From positions 1-62,869 of the forward strand of contig NW_021831995.1 of assembly GCF_006345805.1 (NCBI RefSeq): a DNA stretch of 62,869 bases, in the 5' to 3' direction. This DNA is from Octopus sinensis. Lineage: Eukaryota. Positions 24,839 to 37,508 of the stretch are shown piece after piece. Numbering within the stretch: position 1 is the stretch's first letter; every line of letters begins with the position of its first letter. A program made the translations under genes and the position numbers. The notes under the pieces are model-generated. The model searched no databases, was not told the origin of the DNA, and saw only the letters and a program-made list of their open reading frames with translations.

Positions 24839-27137
24839 CATGAGTCTTTGTTAGTGTACACATGCGTCATTGTGTTGTGCACTGAAGAAGATAGCCGGCA
24901 GTGTTTAGCCTGCAAAAAAGAAGCTGATGCAAGGCAAGACTTTTGTTTCTTGGGTCCAGTGGGGGTTGTTGTCTGTGGTTATATTTTTTACAAACAAGGA
25001 GTCCTCACTGGTATCAGGATGTCGGTCTGCTTGCGGTTCAGTAATATTGTTCACATTAAGTGCAAAGTTTTTTCTCATTGTAAGAAGTACAGTTTGGGGG
25101 CGTATCATTCAATCAAAAATTGTTCACTTTTTAACAGTGTATGTTCTTACAACAACATTTACCATTAATTGGAAAGCTGTATTTCAAGTGCTCACATTAA
25201 GTAAAAAATTTTTTCCCTTTGTAAGAAGTATAGTTTGGTGACATATCCTGCCACCAAAAGTTGTTCGGTGTTTGTGAATAGTGTATATTTTTACAACTAC
25301 GTTTACCAATAATTGGAAAGCTGTATTTCAAGTGGAGCAGTCCAGGCTCTAATCAGAGTGCCATAGGGCTTAGAGTACCTGAATGCCCAGAAGACTTTTT
25401 TGCTGTGTTTTGTTGAACTGTTGTTTTTCTTCTTCTATTGTGACTTTCTTATTGAACTGTTTGCTTTTTTTCTTCTTCCCTTTGTTTCCTTTCGATTTCT
25501 CTCTTTTCTTTTTGAAATTTGTGAACTATTGTTTTGGACTTTTTACTTTTTAATTTAAAACATGGCAAAAAATATGGATAAAATTGTAGAGTGGGAGATT
25601 GTCCCACCTAAGGAGTGGCTCAGACAGCAAGAGGAGAGGACAGTGGTGTAGGGAACGTATTCGAAGGTTCTCGACACCATTGCCGTCTTCTCCAAGCAGA
25701 TGATTGAACAGGAGTTGGCGGAACATCTGCCAACCATTAAGAATATCTCTAGGGGTGTCAAATATGCAACGGTATGATTGCTGTTTGACACCCCAGAGGA
25801 GGCTCGCAGTTTTGCGAGCCAGCCCTTTGAGGGTAAAGAAATTTTGTTTCTTCTCACTTATTGTGGAAAAAATTGATGAGGGCTTGGGTCTTTGGTTTGC
25901 CACCCGGAATTGAGCTCCAGTGGATAGAGGATACTATCCGTCGGGGTTTGGGTGGCAGCGGAGCCAGGCTCCTCAATGTGAAAATCCTTCCTGCGGCTGA
26001 TTGGGTTGGGTGAAAAGCTGTTTTGATCCTGTACACCCAATCAGCCATGCCAGATTATTTGAAAATGGCTGGGTACAGTTACCCGGTGATTCTTGAAGGT
26101 CGCCCCCCTCCAGATATCATCGGTGCCTGGAGCCTGGCCATATAAAGAAAAACTATCATCAGGAACAAAGCAAAGTCCTGGAGCAGTTGATTGAGACCTC
26201 CGTAGAAGGAACGAAGGCGGCCGAGGAGACGGAGGACACCTCAAAGAAGGGCCGCAAGACGAAGAAGGTGAGCATCAATGGGCGCTCACCGAAGGATCCT
26301 AGCGATGAGGGAGGGGAGGCGAATCTCACGGTCACTAAGGAGACGCACCCTCCCTCAGATGAGAGGAAAAAGAGAGGAAGAGGAAGAGAAACTGGACATT
26401 GCCGATAGTCGGTGACATAGCACCGGAGTGTCCCGGAACCTTGCCGGTAGGGGTTGTGCCACCGGCAGAGGAAGAGACACAGTTGTGGGGGGCGGGGAAT
26501 TGTGCCGCACACGGTAGAATTGACTACCTCGAACCCGGAGGAAGACTAATTATTGGTTTTCTTCTACAGAGGCGGAGAGGTAGAAGAGGTGATGGAAAAG
26601 CACCATAAGGGAGTAGGATCCCGAATGGCCTCCGTAGATAGCTGTGGAGGTCATAACGTTGCCCGTGACGTATAAGCTGCAGGGACTCAATGAGGAATAT
26701 GACTTGTGGGCAAGCGACTCCGGCTCGGATCCCGCATTGGTCTTCAATGAGGCGTGGGGGATGGCGCAGTATACGGGCACAAGCAATGTTGGAGAGGAAT
26801 AGTGACAAGGGGTTGAAAAGCCTCAGTGTTATAATGTTTATTGTATAATGTTTAACGTCTATTGCATGTTATTGTGTTGAAGAGGCTTAACGCCCCACTT
26901 CTTAAATGGACTATTAGTCCAATAATTGTAAAATTGAAGTAAGAGGTTCATTACCTCGTTTTGTCTTTTTCTGTGAAAAAAAAAGAAGAGAATAATGTTT
27001 TAGAGAATCAAAAAATCGGCGGGCGATTTTTTGTCTTCTCCCATTAATATAATTTTTTCCTCATTCATCTCATTCATGTTTCTGTCCAGCCCGCAAGCTA
27101 CTCTTTGTAATGCCGCCATGGCAAATTTTATGAAATA
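24839..27137 (+). mobile_element. ORF1-only (HAL1-like) non-autonomous L1/Tx1-type retroelement with a 16-bp TSD
   Basis: Flanked by aagaagcttgcttacc (24823-24838) and aagtagcttgcttacc (27138-27153). 5' UTR has a ~145-bp tandem duplication, followed by a decayed ORF1 and a 3' end ...ggcaaattttatgAAATAAA. No endonuclease or RT motif is recognisable. Confidence 0.75.
25562..26802 (+). pseudogene. Gag-like ORF1 with a degenerate CCHC knuckle
   Basis: MAKNMDKIVEWEIVPPKEWL...LMRAWVFGLPPGIELQWIE...YPVILEGRPP-RYHRCLEPGHIKKNYH (C-x2-C-x4-H-x4-C with two C>Y changes), then a charged linker. Several stops and frameshifts. Confidence 0.7.
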
Positions 27138-27323
27138 AAGTAGCTTGCTTACCAACCACATGGTTCCGGGTTCATTTCCACTGCATGGCACCTTGAGCAA
27201 GTGTCTTCTACTATAGCCTCAGGCCGATTAAAACCTTGTGAGTGGATTGGTAGACAGAAACTGAAAGAAAGCCTGTCGTATATATGTATATAATATACTA
27301 TATATATATATATATATATATAT

Positions 27324-27367
<44 letters not shown>

Positions 27368-27430
27368 TATATATATGTGGTGTAGATATATATATATGTA
27401 TATAATATATATTATATATATATATACATA

Positions 27431-27497
<67 letters not shown>

Positions 27498-27720
27498 GTA
27501 TGTATGTATATATATATTATAATATATATATATATATATACATACATATATATATATATATATATTTAAGGTATGTAGAAAAATACAACATGGAAAGAAC
27601 GTCTATAACTCTTAGAAACGACACAATAAACATGGACAGGACATTCGAACCCCTCAGTCTTCAGTCAAGAACCGGATCATCGTAAGTAATTTCGGCTGAT
27701 TATATATATATATACGTATG

Positions 27721-27759
<39 letters not shown>

Positions 27760-29058
27760 GTATGTATGTATATATGCATGTGTATATGTTTGTGTGTCTG
27801 TGTTTGTCCCCCAACATCGCTTGTCTTCCGATGGTGGTGTGTTTACGTCCCCGTAACGTAGCGGTTCGGCAAAAGATAACCGATAGAATAAGTACTAGGC
27901 TTACAAAGAATAAGTCCTGAGGTGGATTTGCTCGACTAAAGGCGGTGCTCCAGCATGGCCACAGTCAAATGACTGAAACAAATAAAAGAATAAAAGAAAC
28001 TGTACTTCAGTCCGTAAACAATGCATAGTTTGTGACGAGAATGTTAAACTACTAAAGAACAAACTGCACTTCAGTTCATGTTAAGATCGAACTGCTGGAA
28101 AAGGCCAAAGAACACTCTAATATCATAAAACGAAGAAGGGCATACTAGATTATGATGGCCCTAGATGACTCTAAAACTGTGGGGCATTCAGTATTAGAAT
28201 GCTCCTTTTGATCATAGATATGTCCGATCAACCGCATCCCTTTCGATTTTTAATTTCTCCATCATATACGAATAGTTACACGAGTGGATGGATAACAGAC
28301 GGGTAAGCAAACTACGCAACAGTTTGGCTTGTTACTATGGAAACAGGCATCAATATGGCTGTGGTTTTCGGTTAGCAAAAATTACTCAAAATTTGCAAAG
28401 TTTAAAAGCTATTATTAAGGCAAAAATGAATTTCACTTCCATAATTAACATACTAAACTACATCAATACACCAAACTTGGAATCATTGGAAGAAAACTGA
28501 AGGAATTAAAAAGTGAAACCCAAACAGAAAAAAAATCCGATAAATCTAATAGGAGTGAAACGTGTCGTGAATTGCCTACCCTACTTGCCTAATTTCAGAT
28601 TTAATTAATATTAACTCCTGTGTTAATGTCTGCTTCTCTACACCGTATGCATGATTCTAATCTTAATTCATTGATGTTTCGGAATTATCTTCTCTTCCTT
28701 CCTTGACCACATTCAGTTGATTCTTATTTCTGCCAACTACACGAGGAATCGTGATTAATTAAGTTGTTATTTCTTCACCACTTTCAGCAGTCTGTTAACA
28801 CTGACTGAAAAAAAAAAACATTGGAATATTGGGAACCAATTCAATCAGTATTCGAGACAGTGAAAAAGAAAAAAAGAAAAAAAAGAAAAAAAGAAGGCAA
28901 GAATTTTCCAAATGCTTGAATGTAACTTTTTGTTGCTGATATTATTTAAATATTAATCATGGAACTTTGTTTCTTATTACAAGCCAACACCTTCCCTGTA
29001 GGAAGGATCGGAAGAATGAAAGCCAAAAGAAACCCAAGCATGTATTCACACACTAACA

Positions 29059-29109
<51 letters not shown>

Positions 29110-29173
29110 TATATATATATATATGTATATATGTATTATATATATATATGTATTTATATATATATATATATAT

Positions 29174-29217
<44 letters not shown>

Positions 29218-29983
29218 AATATATATATATATATGTATGTATGCATATATATATATATATACACATACACACATATATATATGTATATATGTATATATAT
29301 TATATATATATATATAATATATATAATATATATATATATATATATTATATATATTAACAGTGGTAGCGCTATACAAGATATATAGTAAGTGAAAGAGAAA
29401 GAGAGAAAGGGAGAGAGAGAGAGAGAATGAAAGGAAAACTATGAAGACTCATAAATTGTTAAACATACACGCTCACGTAAGGAAATCTTTGATAAGCTGA
29501 CAGATTTTTTGGTAGAGACTATTTACTGTAAAATCCGAGACGGCCATTGAAACACAACACCAACACGACTAATTTGAAGCAACCGTCTCTTTTATTCTAT
29601 TGTCCCTTACATTAAAGTAAAAACATAATCAAAACTAATATAAACAATTCATTTGCATTCAGGTTTTTATATCTCTTTATATATCCGCTATTAATATGGC
29701 GAAATCGATGTTGCTTTTTCCGTTGGCGCCGTTATTTCATTGTCGTCTGTTTTGTCATTTGCTGTAAATTGCCGTCGTCGACGTTCAGACTCGATCTCAG
29801 CCTCCTTTTTTTTCTCTTTTTTAATCAAATGATTCTCTACTAGAACAGAAATACGTGCCAGCACACTGTCCCATACTAACATCCGAGTTTGTGGGTGTGC
29901 TTGCATAATCATCCATCCATCCATCCATATATGTATGCATACACTTACGCATATATACATATATACACACATAAATATATATA

Positions 29984-30030
<47 letters not shown>

Positions 30031-30084
30031 TATAATTTACACACACACACAAATATGTAATATATATATATATATATATATATA

Positions 30085-30123
<39 letters not shown>

Positions 30124-30330
30124 GAGAGAGAGAGGGAGAGAGAGGGAGAGAGAGAGGGAGAAGGAGAGAGAGAGAGACAGACAGACAGAGACAGAGAAAG
30201 AGTGAAAGAGATGTATGTATGTATGTATGTATGTATGCATGTAGGGAAGTTCGTGATCAGACAACGAGTGAGTATAATTTATACTAAGGAAACTTAGAGA
30301 ATTATGTTTCCGTTGTTGTTTGCTGTCATA

Positions 30331-30401
<71 letters not shown>

Positions 30402-30402
30402 A

Positions 30403-30478
<76 letters not shown>

Positions 30479-30505
30479 ATATCTATCTATCTATCTATCT
30501 ATCTA

Positions 30506-30540
<35 letters not shown>

Positions 30541-33293
30541 AGAAGAGGCAATTAGAAGTGGCATCGTATCCAACGTTTTGGCGGCGAGGTTGGCCCTCGA
30601 CCAACGCCAAACGCGAAGGGTGTGTTGTCAGAACTAGGTTGCGTCCTCCAAGGAACGAAGGTGCTAGAGCCGCGCGAGAGGTCCGGATGGCGGAGGCGCA
30701 ACAGGGTAACAAAGCAACCGTTCGGTCTCTGGTGGATGAATAGGGGCGCAAATTACTCGAGCCAAATAAATGTGTGAGGCCTTTCAACAGCATTTTGCCC
30801 GACTTCAGGACGAGTGGCGGGCGAGAACGCAGGGTTGACTTCAGTGCCTACCTACACAGCCTGCCACGAATCTCCGCAAGAGAGGCGGAAGTGCGGGACG
30901 CGATGGCAGGCTGTTCTAGAGACAAATCGCCGGGTTTGGATGGTCTACTCTACGAGCTTTACAGTTGTATGCCAGACTTGTTTGGAGACGTCTTGGCAGC
31001 AGCGTACTGCAATGTCAGTAAAACGGCAGCATCCCCGGTTTTGTGATGCGAGGAGCCGTAACGCTGCTGAAGAAAGATCCAAACAAGGGGGACGTAGTAG
31101 ATAACTTTAGGCCCATCACTCTGCTCAATGCAGAGACTTGAACATTTTGGCCAAGGTGTTAACCACGAGGTTGGCGCTTGTCATCGAAAAACTGGTCGAC
31201 AAGGCGCAAACGTGCGCCGTGCAGGGCCGGAGCATCCATAACAACCTGCATCTGATGCGCTACATCATAGATAGCGTAGTTAAGGAACCTGGCATGGGTG
31301 GGGCCCTGATCAATTTGGATCAATCCAAAGCTTTCGATAGGGTAGACCATCGATACTTGGAAGCTGTCCTCATAGCGGCTGGTTTCGGTCCCGTCTTCCG
31401 CGGCTGGAAAACTGCTTTGTATAGAGACATCCGTTCGGTAATTCGCGTAAATCGACATCTATCGAGACCTTTCGACATTGCACATTCGGTCCGTCAGGGA
31501 TGCTCCCTTTCGTCGCTTCTATACGTATTGATTTTCGAGCCACTACTGCGGAAGCTGGCGACGCCGATTGGCATCCCACGAGAATTGAGATGCGAGAGGA
31601 GCGTGTCTACATACGCGGACGACGTCACCGTCATAGTGTACTAGCCAGAAACACATCGAGCTGGTCGGCAAGACACTAAGAGACTACGAAGCGGTAAAAG
31701 GAGCAAAAATCAACCGGGAAAAGTCAGTGGGCTTGCGGATCGGCACCTGGAGAAGCAAGCCCATGTCGTCCACCAGTGCCTCTGTCGTGGGACGCTGGAC
31801 CGACGGTCCGGTCGAGTTGCTCGGGTCTGGTTTGGTCCGGACCTCCAAATGGAGAAGAACTGGAACGAGATAACAAGTAGGGTGGTCACTCTCGCTCGGC
31901 AATGGGCCGAGAGGAAGCTCTCCCTAAAAGGTCGGGGGTGGGGAACTCATACATCGCATCCGTCATCTACTACCGCCTGACTGTCGTGCCTTGTCCCGAC
32001 CCTACCATCACCAAACTAGAACGCACTCTCTTCGCTTCTTGTGGAAGGGAAGCGTTCTGATGGTCAGGCGATCCGTTTGCTGGCAACACCCGCTGAAAGG
32101 AGGGCTAGGCATGCTGTGGTTGATGATGCGACGACACGCACTGAGACTACATCTCCGGCTCTTCGTAGACGACGGTGAACAGGTGTGGTCGCCGTTTGTG
32201 AGGTGCGCTTTCCCGCTGCTCGTCTCTATGACCGAACTGCAGTCGTGGATCTAAAAGAGGCCGAGGAAAGGCGAATGGCACCGCGAGAGTTGCGTTGCTC
32301 TCAAGCAACTATGCCGTCCCGGGTCGACCTTGGGCGACTTCAACACAACGAAAGCATTCTATTAGGGATTGGATGAGGGGAGGTACAACCACGATCTCGG
32401 GATGAACCTGAGCATCGACGAGGAATACCTGACCCGCCTGTTCAAGACGACTTTCGGGCCGAGACCTATGGACAACTTCCAGAGATCCTTAGCTTGGCAA
32501 TGCTATCGAGAAGCGCTACCCATTCGGGATAAACTCTACAAGCATGGCTCGAGAAACACGGGGCCGACCTGTCCGAGATGTGGTCGGAGCGACGAAACCG
32601 TCCTGCACGCACTCGTACAGTGTCCAACCATTTCCTCTGTCGAATGACTGCTATCGCGTGTGGGACGAGTCGGTTTATCAACCGAGTCTATCGTGAATAT
32701 TGTCGCGCCTCCTTCCTTGAAACGGGAAGGAAGAGCCATTTTTATCGAAAGAATGTGTATGGTGGACGCGTCTGAAAGGCCTAGAGACAAACACTTTCCT
32801 CTCTGGTCAATCTTTCACCAACTTCTTCAAGTATCACTTGAAAAGGAAGGTGAGAGTAGAGAGGGAAATTTTATTTAGTGAATGTTTCAAAAAAAGATGG
32901 GTGAATGTAGCAAGGATGGTATGTGTGAATGACGGAGTTAGCTTGAGCATAGTGCTATGAACCAAAAGAAAAAAAACAACACGAAGGGAAAAAAGAGACC
33001 CACTTACTATAATGTGTTTTCTTTTTACTTGACACTATTGCCCAAGGTTCCCGTGGTCTTTTCCCTAGGCTTTTCTGTCTACGGATAAACCTAATCTGTT
33101 TCCCTTTTTACATTGACATTTCTGTGATACATGATCCCTATTGATCGGCCCTCACCTTTTTTTTCTTCACGATCCCTTTTGCTTGGAATTCGACCGACCT
33201 TTTTTTCTTTTTTTCTCTTCTTCCTCCCAAAAAGAAAAACTCTACTTTGTATTTTCTCCCTTCTGTGTTCAGCCCTCCGTAGCCAATAAAGAA
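30541..33293 (+). mobile_element. 5'-truncated Tx1-clade LINE (RT, C-terminal zinc knuckle, 3' UTR) inside (ATCT)n
   Basis: KSPGLDGLLYELY, NFRPITLLNA, QTCAVQGRSIHNNL, LINLDQSKAFDRVDH, SVRQGCSLS, YADD (~31612), KLSLKGR, GGLGM and CPRCGRSDETVLHALVQCP. Many frameshifts. (ATCT)n at 30331-30540 and 33294-33375. Confidence 0.92.
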
Positions 33294-33377
<84 letters not shown>

Positions 33378-34018
33378 GTCTATCCATCTGTCTGTCTGTC
33401 TGTCTGTCTGTCTGTCAGTCTATCATACATACACACATACGTACATACATACATGCATACATATATATATGTTTTGCAAACAACTTGCACATTGAAATGC
33501 TACCAGTTGAAAGGTTCGCATACCGGAAGCCAGCAAATGTATGGGGTCATGAGGAGAGAATGCGTACAGTCTACACATTCTTCGACGAGGTTTACATAAC
33601 GGTCAATCATTCGAGCCCCGAGCGGCGTCCATGTTATCGTCACGAGGAACCGTTAACTCGACTAGATTTACAACTTTCTTTCTTGACGAAAACATTTGAC
33701 GAAAACATTTTCTGAACAGTCAACACTAATGGGGATATTTTACTTTCTTATTATCTTATTATCGTATTTCTTATTTTTTTATTTTCCAGATGACATGACT
33801 GTTCAGGTGCGAACTAAGATAACAGCACACTATGAAACGTGGAATTCCATTGTTTTGGGTCAGAGATGGTGGCATGCATGGAAAGATAAGCATGCAACTT
33901 TAAGTCCAGAGACAATAAAAAGTTGACTTTATAGTTAATACACGTATCAACATTATAGTTAATAGACGTATTTTTCTATATTTATTTGATAATTAGTATA
34001 AGTAAAGTACATTTATTC

Positions 34019-34079
<61 letters not shown>

Positions 34080-34290
34080 TTTTTTTTTTCAGGTCACTGC
34101 CTGGAATCGAACTCGGAATCTTGGTTAAGATTGGTTGTGGTTAAGAGCCCGCGCTCTTAACCACAACGCCATATGGTTCGAAATTTCCCCAAGACACCTG
34201 ATGAAGGTTGCTGGGTATATCAGCCGAAATGTTGTGTTAACAACAAACAAGATGAGGACAAATATCTGTCAAATGTAAATAATGTAAATT
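34019..34290. mobile_element. tRNA-head/(TAA)n/hammerhead element with an inverted 5' part
   Basis: Minus-strand tRNA-like head at 34085-34174 (tggcgttgtgg A-box, gagttcgattcc B-box) runs into (TAA)n. It is joined to a plus-strand module with acac-CTGATGA-aggttg..cagcc-GAAA-tgtt-gtgt at 34194-34237. Confidence 0.75.
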
Positions 34291-34479
34291 TTAATGTGTT
34301 AAATGAAATTTGTTAAATGATTCTCTTTTATTTTTCAGACTATTTCAGAGCTAAATTGTATTATAATTTTCCAAAGATACCTACATAAATTTAAACTGTA
34401 ATAACTTAAGTATATAAAATTGTATAATGGCAACTAGAAGTAAAAGCCATAATTCGGCATTTGAATTTCCTCCCAACTA

Positions 34480-34840
34480 CATAGTTCCGGGTTCAGTCCT
34501 ACTGTGTGGAACCTTGGACAAGTGTCTTCTACTATAGCCTCGGGCCGACCAAGGCCTTGTGAATGGATTTGGTAGACGGAAACTGAAAGAAATCCGTCGT
34601 ATATATCTGTATACATTTATGTGTGTGTGTATCTGTGTTTGTCCACTCATCCACCCACCATCGCTTGACAACCGATGATGATGTGTTTACGTCCCTGTAA
34701 CTTAGCCGTTCGGCAGAACAGAGCGATAGAATAAGTACCCGGCTAACAAAGAATAAGTCGCGAGGGCGATTTTTTCGACTGCAAGGCGGTACTTCAACAC
34801 GGCCCAAGTTAAATGACTGAAACAAGTAAAACAATAAAAG
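34480..34840 (+). mobile_element. SINE family A (head truncated)
   Basis: Body and tail match family A. Confidence 0.88.
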
Positions 34841-34918
34841 TATATATATATATATATATTATTAGTGAATTGAAGAAGTGGAGTTGAACGAAGATTGAAC
34901 AGAACTCCTTTTATTGCA

Positions 34919-34998
34919 TTCTACACATGTTTCAAAAGCCACAATTTTCCAAATTCTGATTAAATAAGGATACCATATTGTGGCTTTCTCTTCAGGAA
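34919..34998 (-). ncRNA. Type I hammerhead ribozyme with an intact core
   Basis: ttc-CTGAAGA-gaaagccacaat[31 nt]attgtggctttt-GAAA-catgt-GTA-gaa, followed by tgcAATAAA. 12-bp stem II, self-complementary stem III and GUA triplet. It lies in a (TA)n-abutting element at ~34858-35175. Confidence 0.8.
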
Positions 34999-37508
34999 AA
35001 AAATAGGAATTCCGTTGGCAGAACAAAACAGAACAGAGGCGCAGCAAAGCAATTTGAACGAGGAGGCTCTTTAAGAGCCCATGGCTGAACTGATTATCAA
35101 TGTACGTTGAAATCGGGTGGTGGGTGCGTTGAAGATATTTACAGGTCAGGCGGCGGTCAAATCCAGTAGGTGAGAGCAAGGGGTGTGGAGATGTTCTGTG
35201 TGACCAAAACTAAAATTCTGAATATTTTAAAGAATACTGGGTGTATTTTTTGGGGGCGAGACAAAAAATACCTAGAAACATGTATGTGTGTACTGGCCGA
35301 TGTGTGCGCGGCCGTATGTTGGTAAAAGGCGCTACATAATGGTCACTGCTGAAAAATTCGTCAGGCGGCAGAAAATATTTTTTGTGTTCGTGTGTTCGTC
35401 TAGGCCTGCTTGTCAAAAAATTAGCGTCGTCAAAGAATCCTAAGGGAATATAAAATTCCAGCGCTTGCTTCCAAAAACAAACCACCATTCGCCTAATGGG
35501 AGTAATTTCCCCTTGCAAGGGTTATTCATATATTTCTTAAAAAGCTTTTTCAAAAATTATTTCCAAGGATTATTTTCATTTTAGTATGGTAACAAGGAGC
35601 TAATTGTCTTAGGTATCATTTATAAGCAAGATAAGTATAACGCCGCCAATGGGGACATCGAAAAGCCGACTGTAAAAGTCCGTTTACCAACCGGTCTCTG
35701 GCGAACAATATGTGGAAAAGCTCAGAGACACAAAGATTGCACTTCCTTCTGCCCCTATCAAATGGAGGGCCACCGACAAAATCGACCATTCCAGCCTGAA
35801 ACCTGAGTTCGCGTTCTTCAAACCCCATATAAGCTTGCTAAGACCCGTGGCTTGGTATTTATTCACGTCGCGAAAAGTTGCAACCATTCGAAAAGTTGCG
35901 AAAAGTTCCAACCATGTTGTAAGGGTTAGCTCGTCAAATGAATTCTGGTTTCACTCAGTTTTAATACAGTTTATTGTTAGTGATAGTATACTTAAGCCAT
36001 TAGGCAAGAATGGATACGGACGGATTGCGTTGCAACTTTATAGACAAAGACAAGGAATAACTATGAAAAATAAACTTAAAAAATACAATAAAGTAAAACA
36101 TTATTCGCGTTAATACCTACATATAGTTACTTCCGTCGCCATTTTAGCTGTTCTGCGTTCATCCACACTCTCCTATATGCAGAGTTAAATAGATGCTATT
36201 ATAGTATTTGATACGTATCCTGCCACTCTCATATCACGCTGTAGTACGACAATGAAACCGGGTATATATGTATATATATACCGGAGTAAACACATAAATG
36301 TGAAACAAGGTGGAAAAAAGAGTACTCAAATACCAGTGGTAGAGTAATATGCTTTATTTTAAGCAGCAGAAAATTCAACAAAATCTGTTACTCTGAGTTT
36401 CTCGTTGCCGTTCATCAGACAGTTTTTGCTAGAATGGAACCGATATATCAATTCAATCTAGACTCTTACAAACGCTACACCTTTAAAAAGAAATGGACTT
36501 GTTTGATTGGCCCTTTAGAAAAAAAACGGTCAATCTTCGAGCGATAAACAAAAAGGTCAAAAATATATGTATATATATATAAAAAAACTTATAAAAAATT
36601 ATAAAATCCGAGGAAAAAACCTTATATTGAATAAAATACATATTGACGTTAATGAAGAAAGTATAAATTAATTCATAGGAATTAAACCTGTTATAAATAT
36701 TACACTGCAATACACATTTTTATTAAAATGTGCATATATATATCAACATACACAAAAGGATGTGCGCCAACGCCATACATATACAGACGTATGAATATAA
36801 ATCTAAATATACACATAAATGCATGTGTACATATATTCACGCAAACCATCTCACACGCAAGTTAAAAATCATGTATGTAGCGATTCTCATATACTGAGTA
36901 AGGGGGGGACGAAAGAAAGGAAGAGAGAGAAAAAGGAACGAAGGAGGGGTGGGGAAAAAACGAAATAAGAAAAAAATATGTATACAATCTGTGTAACGGC
37001 ATTATTGGCATATATGGAGACAAGTATACAAACAAGTTCGAATGAATACATACACATACAGTCGTGTATATGTGTGCTTAAGCACAAACATACTCTCACT
37101 TACACATACACAGATACGCATGCTTACAAATACATATCCTCGGCTATACACATACTTACATCAACATTCTAATTTTGACAACATTGCTTTTTTTAAAAAA
37201 ACATTGCTTTTTTTTAAAAGAATGGGTGCATTAATAAAAATATATACGAAAGACATATAAAATAAAATATAACACCCTATTTTGGATCATTTATAAATAA
37301 TCAAGGTAATATAAATAATCAAGGTAATCCTATACAATACAGTAACCTGAAAACAGGGTCGAAGGTTTTTCCTGATGTATATGTAGAAACATAAGACTTT
37401 GCTATACGGATTAAGATCCGCATAGCTTGGAAACAAAATCCATCGTAGCGCTCATCGTTCAAGAGTCAAAATCAAAATTTCAAAAATCAAAAATACAAAA
37501 TATATACT

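Larger units (their letters stand above)
24804..27978 (+). mobile_element. SINE family A split by the ORF1-only element (head 24804-24838, remainder 27138-27978)
   Basis: The head gcgcagtagtggctatggtaagaagcttgcttacc resumes as aagtagcttgcttaccaaccacatggttccggg. The internal (TA)n is expanded and holds an H2 fragment at 27563-27700. Confidence 0.85.

Noticed and set aside
33789-33926. Plus-strand exon after a strong acceptor (DMTVQVRTKITAHYETWNSIVLGQRWWHAWK..)
   Set aside because: There is no convincing donor or recognisable protein, and polypyrimidine-AG strings are common in this AT-rich sequence.
35180-35930. piggyBac-like MITE ends (..aagggtta) at ~35524 and ~35928
   Set aside because: Matching left ends and TTAA duplications were not found.
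37400-37460. Hairpin (gctatgcggat/atccgtatagc) after the Penelope stop codon as a second ribozyme or SECIS
   Set aside because: There is no catalytic core, and the ORF has no in-frame TGA. It is only a hairpin.
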